Source: Laetmonice hystrix (taxonomy: Eukaryota). From it: a DNA stretch of 64,000 bases. The stretch spans positions 41,170,001-41,234,000 of the forward strand of contig OZ249436.1 of the NCBI GenBank assembly GCA_965235115.1. The letters are read 5' to 3'. Under the pieces are notes generated by a model. The model searched no databases. It had not been told where the DNA came from and was given only the letters and a program-made list of their open reading frames with translations. The position numbers and the translations under genes are program-made. This document shows, piece after piece, positions 10,134-20,274 of this stretch (position 1 is the first letter of the stretch; every line of letters starts with the position of its first letter).

Positions 10134-13100
10134 TAGTAGACATGGTAAGGGGGTGAACACTGCATTTTATAGTGCAAATGTCTAAGTTGGCATGATTGGT
10201 CCTTAGGGCAAAAGGAAAAAAAATATCCAAAGAGACAAGTTGTCTCTATGCATAGAGGCCCCTAATTTGCATAAATTATGTTAATTAGCACCTGACGGAA
10301 GTAGATTTCTAACTTTTGAACCAATTCACTTAGAAATACGTGTGATAGGTGGATTTCAACTAATTTGGGGGTCAGAAATCCATCTGCAGGGTTATTTTGA
10401 CATTTGGCGGCCATTTTGACCCTCAAATCCAAGATGGCCGCCAGCAACCATCTGAAATCTAGCTTACCCATGGCGATTCACTTTTGGCATTATCTCCACC
10501 CGTAAATTGACATTTTTCAGTGTATAATTTTTTTCTTAGGAGGTTCTGGGAAAGAGGAATCGGTCACAAGAAAAAAAAGAATGATTGGCCGCGCCCTCAT
10601 TTGCATAAATTAAATATGGCCGCCATCTTAACACGAATTTGAGCTATTCTGGCTATATCGCAACGTCAAAATGGAATTTTACTCTTTATAAAGTACTGTT
10701 CAGGGGATAAATGACGTACACAATCTTTTTGCAGTGATACATATTCTAATTGGTCCACCCCTCATTTGCATAAATCCAATATGGCCGCCATCTTACCCAT
10801 GGCGATTCACTTTTGGCATTATCTCCAAACGTAAATTGTCTTTTTTCATTATTTAATTTTTTCTAGGAGGTTCTGGGACAAGGTACAAGAAAAAAGAGAG
10901 TGATTGGTCGCGCCCTCATTTGCATAACTTAAATATGGCCGCCATCTTAACACGAATTTGAGCTATTCTGGCTATATCTCAACGTCAAAATGGAATTTTA
11001 CTCCTTATAAAGTACTGTTCAGGAGATAAATGACGTACAACATATTCTTATTGGTCCACCCCTCATTTGCATAAATCCAATATGGCCGCCATCTTACCCA
11101 TTGTAAGTCACTTTTGGCATTATCTCCAACTGTAAATTGACTTTTTTCATTATGTAAATTATTTTTAGGAGGTTCTGGGAATCGGTTCCTAGAAGAAGAA
11201 GAGTGATTGGCTCGCTCCCTCATTTGCATAAATTAAATATAGCGCCATGTTAGCCAGAACTCGAGCTATTCTGGCTATATCTTCACGTCAAAATGAGTTT
11301 TACTCATTAAAAAAGCTCATTTGCAATATGTAGTCTATTTCTTGTGGCAAGAAAGTGAAGTGGTAAGCAATCTCTGTTGATATTGTTGCCCGTGAGGGCT
11401 CCCTGCATGTTTTGACTGAGCTTAGACTGAAACAAACACTACAGTGAGGGCTCCCAACATGTACTGCCTGGCCTCATACTCGAGCAAACACTACAGTGAG
11501 GGCTCACCACATCCACTGACTGATCTTATACTCGAGCAAACACTACAGGGACGGTTCCCTCCATGTAATGACTGGCCATTGGCTGCAGCAAACCATACAG
11601 TGAGGGTTCACTACATGTAGTGAGCGGCGTCATACTCGAGCAAACACTACAGTGAGGGCCCCCAACATGGACTGTCTGGCCTTATACTCGAGCAAACACT
11701 ACAGTGAGGGCTCTGTACATGGATTGACTGAGCTTAGACCGAAGCAAACACTACAGTGAGGGCTCTCTACATGTATTGGCTGGCCTTAGACTGGAGCAAA
11801 CAGTACAGTGAGAGTTCCCAACATGTACCGTCTGGCCTTACACTCGAGCAAACAGTACAGTGAGGGCTCTGTACATGGATTGACTGAGCTTAGACTGAAG
11901 CAAACACTACATGTGCAGTGAGGGCTCTCTACATGTATTGGCTGGTCTTAGGCTGGAGCAAACACTACACTGATGGCTCCCTACATGTATTGACTGCGCT
12001 TGGGCTGGAGCAAACACTACCGTGAGAGCTCCCTCCATATAAAGACTGGCTTAGCGCTGGGGGAAACAGTACAGTGAGGGCTCCCTACATGTTTTGACTG
12101 AGGTTAGACTGAAGCAAACACTAAAGTGAGGGCACCTTATACTCGAGCAAACACTACAATAAGGGGTCACAACATGTACTGACTGGCCTTATACTCGAGC
12201 AAACACTACAGGGAGGGTTCCCTCCATGTAATGACTGGCCATGGGCTGCAGCAAACCGTACAGTGAGGGTTCACTACATGTAGTGAGTGGCGTCATACTC
12301 GAACAAACACTACAGTGTGGGCTCCCAACATGGACCGTCTGGCCTTATACTCGAGCAAACACTACAGTGAAAGGTTACCACATCGACTGACTGGCCTTAT
12401 ACTCTAGCAAATACTAGAGTGAGGGTTCTCTACATGTATTGGCTGGCCTTAGACTGGAGCAAACACTACAGTGAGGGCTCCCTACATGTTTTGACTGAGG
12501 TTAGACTGAAGCAAACACTAAAGTGAGGGCACCTTATACTCGAGCAAACACTACAATAAGGGGTCACAACATGTACTGACTGGCCTTATACTCGAGCAAA
12601 CACTACAGGGAGGGTTCCCTCCATGTAATGACTGGCCATGGGCTGCAGCAAACCGTACAGTGAGGGTTCACTACATGTAGTGAGTGGCGTCATACTCGAA
12701 CAAACACTACAGTGTGGGCTCCCAACATGGACCGTCTGGCCTTATACTCGAGCAAACACTACAGTGAAAGGTTACCACATCGACTGACTGGCCTTATACT
12801 CTAGCAAATACTAGAGTGAGGGTTCTCTACATGTATTGGCTGGCCTTAGACTGGAGCAAACACTACAGTGAGGGCTCCCTACATGTATTGACTGCCCTAG
12901 GCCTGGAGCAAACACTACAGTGAGGGCTCCCAACATGTACCGTCTGGCCTTATACTCGTACAAACACTACAGTGAGGGGTCACCACATGTACTGACTGGC
13001 CTTATACTCGAGCAAAGACTAACAGTGAGCGCAAAAGGCCAGACAGTTGGGAGCCCTCACTGTAGTGTTTGCTCGAGTATAAGGCCAGTCAATACATGTA

Positions 13101-14380
13101 GGGAGTCCTCACTGTAGCGTTTGCTCCAGCCCAAGCGCAGTCAATACATGTAGGGAGCCATCACTCTAGTGTTTGCTCCTGTCTAAACTCAGTCAATCCA
13201 TGTAGAGTAGTGTTTGCTCGAGTATGACGCCACTCAATACATGTAGGGGGCGTTCACTGTACTGCTTGCTCCAGCCGAAGGGCAGTCAATACATAGAGGC
13301 AGCCCTCACTGTAGTGTTTGCTCCAGCCCAAGGGCAGTCAATACCTGTGGGGAGCCCTCACTCTAGTGTTTGTTTCAGTCTAAGTTCAGTCAAAACATGT
13401 AGGCTAAGGGAGCCCTCATTGGTAACAATATCAACATAGATTGCTTGCCACTTCACTTTCTTGCCACAAGAAATAGACTACATATTGCAAATGGGCTTTT
13501 TTAAAGAGTAAACTCACTGAAGATTTAGCCAGAATAGCCAGAGTTCTGGCCAACATAGCGGCTATATTTAATTTATGCAAATGAGGGAGCGAGCCAATCA
13601 CTCTTTTTCTTCTAGTAACCGATTCCCAGAACCTCCTAAAAAATAATTTACATAATGAAAAAAGTCAATTTACAGTTGGAGATAATGCCAAAAGTGAATC
13701 GCCATGGGTAAGATGGCGGCCATATTGGATTTATGCAAATGAGGGGTGGACCAATTAGAATATGTATCACTGCAAAAAGATTGTGTACGTCATTTATCCC
13801 CTGAACAGTACTTTATAAAGAGTAAAATTCCATTTTGACGTTGCGATATAGCCAGAATAGCTCAAATTCGTGTTAAGATGGCGGCCATATTTAATTTATG
13901 CAAATGAGGGCGCGGCCAATCATTCTTTTTTTTCTTGTGACCGATTCCTCTTTCCCAGAACCTCCTAAGAAAAAAATTATACACTGAAAAATGTCAATTT
14001 ACGGGTGGAGATAATGCCAAAAGTGAATCGCCATGGGTAAGCTAGATTTCAGATGGTTGCTGGCGGCCATCTTGGATTTGAGGGTCAAAATGGCCGCCAA
14101 ATGTCAAAATAACCCTGCAGATGGATTTCTGACCCCCAAATTAGTTGAAATCCACCTATCACACGTATTTCTAAGTGAATTGGTTCAAAAGTTAGAAATC
14201 TACTTCCGTCAGGTGCTAATTAACATAATTTATGCAAATTAGGGGCCTCTATGCATAGAGACAACTTGTCTCTTTGGATATTTTTTTTCCTTTTGCCCTA
14301 AGGACCAATCATGCCAACTTAGACATTTGCACTATAAAATGCAGTGTTCACCCCTTTTTGAGCTCTTAGCATGTCTACTA
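10134..14380. mobile_element. Giant non-autonomous foldback DNA transposon A (Academ-like)
   Basis: Termini TAGTAGACATG...CATGTCTACTA; 3-bp TSD TTA (10131-10133, 14381-14383). Arms are reverse complements, giving identical ORF translations at 10262-10471(-) and 14033-14242(+). Axis at about 13030. Confidence 0.9.
11390..13420. repeat. 52-bp tandem array inside element A; forward to ~13030, inverted ~13035-13420
   Basis: Unit ~GCAAACACTACAGTGAGGGCTCCCTACATGTATTGACTGGCCTTATACTCGA; period 52 (e.g. 11482 to 11534). A 397-bp higher-order duplication is visible (12081 vs 12478). Confidence 0.92.
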
Positions 14381-15952
14381 TTACAGGTGCGGTAATTGAT
14401 ATTATTACTGCTTCCTAAAACCGTCCAACTCGTTAGTGCCTAATTACGATCGAATTTGTCAATCATGAGTGAGCACTAGTTTGGTATTACTTGAACCCTC
14501 TGAGAAGTATAAAAGACAAATGTTAAGATATTGGACCTGATAAACTGGATTTCTGTGGTGGATTATTCCAATATGCAGAGCTTACTCTCAGTCTCAGTAG
14601 GTAAAACTTCTCATTAGAGTGCACCATAATTAAGCAGTCTGCATGTCAGAAATTAATGGACCAGTATCCCACAAATGTACAAGAAAATGTAACAAGTAGT
14701 CCTGTTTTGAAATGGAGTTAAAAATTTAACGAAAGATCAGGAATCAAAAGATTATGCATTTACCCTACACATTTTCATGAAGAAGACGTTGCAACTCATA
14801 ACAGAAATAGCCTTAGAATTGAACCGCTGCCATGTTGCCCAGTAACTCTTGACTTATAATCCTCTCAGACCAAACATTTCGAAAGGCTTGACCTTGCAAG
14901 TTGCAGTTGCAACATTGATTAAGAAGGCACTCCTAAAATAATGATTTTGACCCTGATAAGACGCCTGGATATATTGTAAGGCTAACTTTGTAACTTGTGG
15001 CAATAGATTTTTTCATATAAAAATGTTAAAACTACAGGCCTTCGAGGGTAAAGGTATCATAAAAAGGCGCATATAAAGTGATTTTATTATTCAGAGGATA
15101 TTAACAGGCTGCTTCTATGCAATTCTGTATTCCACCATCGAGAAAATAGGGCAGTTTTTAAAACTAGCAAACTGTGTAATCTCTCAGTCTCTCAGCTTAG
15201 AGCTCATGGTTTGTGACTGGGTCATATGGAAGTAACTTGTGAGATATCAAGCCTAGGAAGTATGTCAGTAATCTCTTATCTTGTTTGTTTCACCTCTTGG
15301 ATTTCTAGTCTATTTTATTATCACACCCATATTGTTTATTGTTGTAGAGTTTGCTACATTGCTTTGCATGGGCAGTATTTACAAGGTAGCATCAGACCTG
15401 TAAAAGTGAACATTTATTTACATTCGATCTAATTTCAGAGATCTGTTAAGGTCAGTAAGACTGTTGTGTAGATGCTGGGAGTACGGCAGAACTCCAGGAG
15501 CATAACACCTGCCAAGAGTACAACAGGTAGGTTTAATTTCTTTTCATGATCCCGTCCATGACTGATTCATTTGATACAGATTCCGTTGAGTTTACTGCAC
15601 TAACAATTTTTCTTTTCCTTTGAATTTAATCTCCTTTGAAGTGAGACCATTAGCAGCTAGTCTGTGCCTGAGAAAAAATTGCTGAATTTTTTATACTAGT
15701 TACACCACATAATTGACCGCATTGGAACAAACTTGTTCCAAAAGACGTCAAGGACGTCTTTAGTGGGAGTTTTTTATCTTCATGTGTTCATCTGCTTTCT
15801 ACTTTATCCAGTAAGTTTTATGCATGAAATTCACCGCCGTAATATAATGTAGCCATAAATATCTTTGCCCTGGTAGACGTTGGTGGTTAAGATATCTCTG
15901 TGTAAACGGGACGTTTAGGTAGATCTTAGTGAAACACACCCCTAACTTAAAC

Positions 15953-16740
15953 TAGGGCTGAAACGATTGATCGATATATTGGTGCATCGTGATATTTTTG
16001 TCCAATAAGATACATCGATAAGAATGTCAAAGTATCGATACAAAATGATATGCCATGAGTCATGACGGTATCAGGGCACTTCCCCCCTGGACATTTGCCC
16101 CCCAGACATTCGCCCCCGGACATTAGCCCCCCAGACATTCGCCCCCGGACATTAGCCCCCGTAGGACTTTTGCCCCCCAGACATTCACCCTCTCGGACAT
16201 TAGCCCCCGTAGGACTTTTACCCCCCTAGGACATCTGCCCCCCCCCCGACATTTGCCCCCTGGACATTAACCCCCGTAGGACAGGGTTAGGGTTTGGTTA
16301 GGGTCCTAGGGGGGCAGAAGTACTACGGGGGTTAATGTCTGGGGGGTGAATATCTGGGGGGCAGATGTCCTAGGGGGCCAGAAGTCCTACTGGGGTTAAT
16401 ATCGGGGGGGAGATGTCCTAGGGGGGCAGAAGTCCTATGGGGGCAAATGTCCAGGGGGCAAAAATTTGGGGGGGGAAATGTCTGGGGGGGCAGTTATACG
16501 GGGGCAAATGCCCTAGAATCAGTCATGATATATCTGGGAATACTAGTGTGCCTTCTGAAAGAGTGTGCTCAACTGCTGTGGACATTGTTACTGCCCAGCG
16601 TTCTGCCATATGTGTGGAAAATGTTGACAATTTACTTTTAGTACACTTTTAGCTTCATTGAGTAATATCGTGATACGTATCATGTGTCACGTATCATGAT
16701 ATGTATCGTATCGTGAAACAAGTGTATCGTTTCAGCCCTA
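15953..16740. mobile_element. hAT-like MITE carrying a nested insertion
   Basis: Perfect 15-bp TIR TAGGGCTGAAACGAT...ATCGTTTCAGCCCTA; subterminal ATCG/CGAT repeats. Confidence 0.85.
16066..16520. mobile_element. Nested foldback MITE (MULE-like) with C-rich/G-rich arms and telomere-like core
   Basis: Flanked by exact AGTCATGA direct repeats (16058-16065, 16521-16528). Left arm (GACATTNGCCCCC)n, right arm its reverse complement, central GGGTTAGGGTTTGGTTAGGG. Confidence 0.85.
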
Positions 16741-18536
16741 CCCCTAACAACAGCAAAATTCGTATTTCACGTCAGACAGACTTTGGCTGAGCAATGTAAA
16801 GAAGGTTGGTCTAGAAGAGTGTCATTGTCACAAGCAAGATACAACTCTGTCTGCTTGTAAAACTGTACTGACCACCAGTGTGAAACCTGGTTGAACAGGT
16901 AGGATCTAAAAAGGCCGTGGAGTTTATATTACTCCGTATATATTTTTGTTTCAGACAGGCAAGGGATTAGCGCAATCTTGGAAGAGAATTACTCATATAT
17001 TACACCTCCTCTGTAAGCAGCATTCTCCAGCCACCGATGGCAAGTAATCCCAGGCACGGTAGTGGGGTAATAATGTGGCATCGGGTCATTCCCCTCATAG
17101 ACCGGGAGCCCAGAAGGTTTATTCATGTAAACGAGGGCAAAATGTTTGACTTCTGGGATGTATAGATTCATTCTCTCATATCTAAGAAATGGATTGCTGC
17201 CGGCAAAAAAAAGCGGCTTTGACCCCCAAAACACCCAAAAAAGGGTGCAAAAAATGACATTTATTCATGTGAACGAGGGCAAAGCTGAAAACAGTTTCAA
17301 ATCTTTAGTTGGGCCTCACTGATTATAAAATGGCCATTGACAGCAATTTTAGATGCGGCTACCCCCCCGACAGCAACCCCCAAAGGGGGGGTAAAAAATT
17401 ACATTTATTCATGTGAACGAGGGCAAGGCTGAAACTAGTCTAGAAATGTTCGGTGAGTGTCTCTGAATACCAAATGACCAATGACAGCAATTTTGAGAGC
17501 GGCTTTACCCCCGACAGCAACGTTCAAAGTACCCCCCCCCCCCCCCCCCCCCGACACTAGGAGTTGGACGGAGATAACATTTATTTATGTGAACGAGGGC
17601 AAGGCTGAAACTAGTCCAGAAATGTTCTTTGAGTGTCCCTGAATACAAAATGACCAATGACAGCAATTTTAGATGCGGCTACCCCCCTGACAGCAACCCC
17701 CAAAGGGGCGGGGGGGGGGGTAAGAAAATTACATATATATTCATGTGAACGAGGGCAAGGATAGAAATAGTCTAGAAATGTTTGTTGGGTGTGTTTGAAT
17801 ACAAAATGACCAATGACAGCAATTTTAGATGCGGCTACCCCCCTGACAGCAACCCCCAAGGGGGGCGGGGGGGTAAGAAAATTACATATAGAAGTCTATA
17901 TATTCATGTGAATGAGGGCAAGGATGGAAATAGTCTAGAAATGTTTGTTGGGTGTGTTTGAATACAAAATGACCAATGACAGCAATTTTAGATGCGGCTA
18001 CCCCCCTGACAGCAACCCCCAAGGGGGACGGGGGGGGGGGTAAGAAAATTACATATAGAAGTCTATATATTCATGTGAACGAGGGCAAGGATGGAAATTG
18101 TCTAGAAATGTTTGTTGTGTGTTTGAATACAAAATGACCAATGACAGCAATTTTAGATGCGGCTACCCCCCGACAGCAACCTTCAAGGGGGGCGGGGGGT
18201 GGTAAGAAAATTCATGTGAACGAGGGCAAGGATGAAAATAGTATAGAAATGTTTATTGTGTGCCTCTGAAAACAAAATGACCAATGGCAGCAATTTTGAG
18301 AGCCGTTTTACCCCCGACACCAACGTTCAAAGTACCCCCCCCCCCCCCCCCCGCCCAGGGTTTGGTGAAAGGTGACGTTAATTCAAGTGAACGAGGGCAA
18401 ATCTGGAAACAGTCTCAAATCTTCAGTTGGGACTCACCTAATATAAAATGGTCTTTTACATCAATTTTAGGTGCGGCTATCTACCCCCCCCCCCCCCAAC
18501 AGCAACCCCCAAAGTTTAAAGCTCAAACCTGATAAC

Positions 18537-18832
18537 TGGGAAACAGCAAAGAATGCTGCAAGCCGTATAGAACAACTCTTCAAGGGACCAATTTGCGATT
18601 GTTAGGGGAAATATGCAACTCTGAACTAGAAGAATATCATTTCTATCACTCACAGTGCTTCAGCAGGTTTTGTGCAGTGAAAAGAAGGCGTCCACCCAGT
18701 AGGACAGAGTTCGACCCACCCACCAAAATTACACGTTTAAGTTCCACACTTCTTTCCACCCACTTGAATAATGTTACTTCTTCTTCCCCACTGCTGTCAG
18801 GGAGGAAGCCATGGTTAAACTGCTGTCAATGA
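18537..18832 (+). pseudogene. Possible decayed transposase N-terminal fragment in the core of element B
   Basis: With one frameshift reads WETAKNAASR...LRLLGEICNSELEEYHFYHSQCFSRFCAVKRRR. The YHxxC[F/Y]xxF motif followed by a basic patch resembles, from recall, N-termini of large Academ-type transposases. Unverified. Confidence 0.35.
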
Positions 18833-19787
18833 CAATGTTTTACTCGGAAAGCCGCATCGGTAGATTGAACACTGATAGTTTCATACGGTGGTCCGTATGG
18901 CACAGGAGTGCCATACGGACTGATTTGATTTATACACGTTTCAGGGTGACGCGATAACTATGGGGCCATATGGATGTTCCGGAACATGTATTATAAATTA
19001 CAGATGTGCTCCGTTACCGGCGTAATTAGCAGACTAAAAGCTTAATTTTTCTGAACTCAGGTGCTTCAAAACACGCTCGCGGTGGGAATCAATTCACATG
19101 GAAATTATTGCAAAAGAAACTACAGCGAGTTTTGTTTAGTAATTTAACAGTTCCCAAAACTTTGATAATGACGTTAAATATGACAATAGATATGCCAGGT
19201 TGCAATTTATGCTCTGTCGGATCAGGGGCCTACAGTGATGTTTACAGAGGTATTACAATGCTATAATATCCTGAGACTAATATCAAATAGAACGATATAA
19301 CACTTTCTAAAATGTTTCAAGCTTGAACTGGGTGACATTCCGAGCTCCCAACTTACGCTGCTGGAAGTCTTTATATAGCGTTGTTAGACCTAATTTTTGT
19401 TTACTGTTGTTTGGTTTCCTCAAATTAGAAGATATGTTATTTTTACACCCCTTCCCCCAAAGGAATTTTGGTGTTGCCATTGTTCCACCGTGTAGGCCTA
19501 TAGTTGTCTTAGTCTACTGTGGTTTGTGCACTGCTGCCATTGGTCAGTTTGTTTTCAGAGACACACAATAAACATTTCTATACTATTTCCATCCTTGCCC
19601 TCGTTCATATGAATGATGAATATAGGCCTGTGTAATTTTCGTACCCCCCCCCCTCCCGCCTTTGGGGATTGGCTTGCTGTTAGGGGATACACACATTTAA
19701 AATTGCTGTCATTGGTCATTTTGTATTCAAACACACCCACCAAACATTTCTGGACTATTTCCAGCGTTGCCCTCGTTCACATGAATA

Positions 19788-20274
19788 CAGTGGCGTCAGT
19801 TCCTTTTAAAAGTGGGGGGGGGGGGGGGGGGGCAACTCCGAATATTGCCTGACTTTTCCCATTTATAGCGATGTTTAGCCAGAATCTTCCAGTATATTAA
19901 CCACTAAAAAGTCTCTTGACATTCTTGACCGACAAAAAGCCAGACTTTTTATATTCTTAACTGGTAAAAAGTCAGAGATATTTACAGTGGTTACTAAAAA
20001 GTCAGGTTTTTAAGTCGCGACCACTAAAAAGTCAGAATCTTCCAGTTTATTAACCGCTAAGAAGTCAGGCTCTTGACATTCTTGACCGATAAAAAGTAAA
20101 AGAGAAATCTTTTCAATCACTAAAAAGTCAGACTTGCAGATTTTATACCACTCACATTATTATAACATCAAGTACAATATCTAGGAGTTAGCCGCCTCTG
20201 ACTTTTTTTTTGGTGTAGGAAAAAGTGGGGAGGCAGCTGCCCCCCCCCCCTGCCCCCCTACTCTGACGCGCCTG
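19788..20274. mobile_element. hAT-like MITE nested in the right arm of element B
   Basis: Imperfect TIR CAGTGGCGTCAG...CTGACGCGCCTG (10/12) and internal (ACCACTAAAAAGTCAG)-like repeats. It interrupts one array unit at CATGAATA|...|TATGTAATTTTC. Confidence 0.7.

Noticed and set aside
11390..13420. CRISPR-like appearance (conserved GCAAACACTACAGTGAGGG plus variable segments)
   Set aside because: The variable parts are homologous to each other, there are no cas genes and the context is eukaryotic; it is a diverged satellite.
10262..14242. Two identical 69-aa ORFs on opposite strands (likewise 16989-17234 vs 21415-21597)
   Set aside because: They are by-products of the inverted arms and have no domain features.
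15439..15526. Exon-like segment with tttcag| and CAG|gtaggt
   Set aside because: It is 88 nt with a stop in the phase-0 frame, and its ATG exits in phase 1, incompatible with the downstream exons. It could be a UTR exon but cannot be supported without RNA data.
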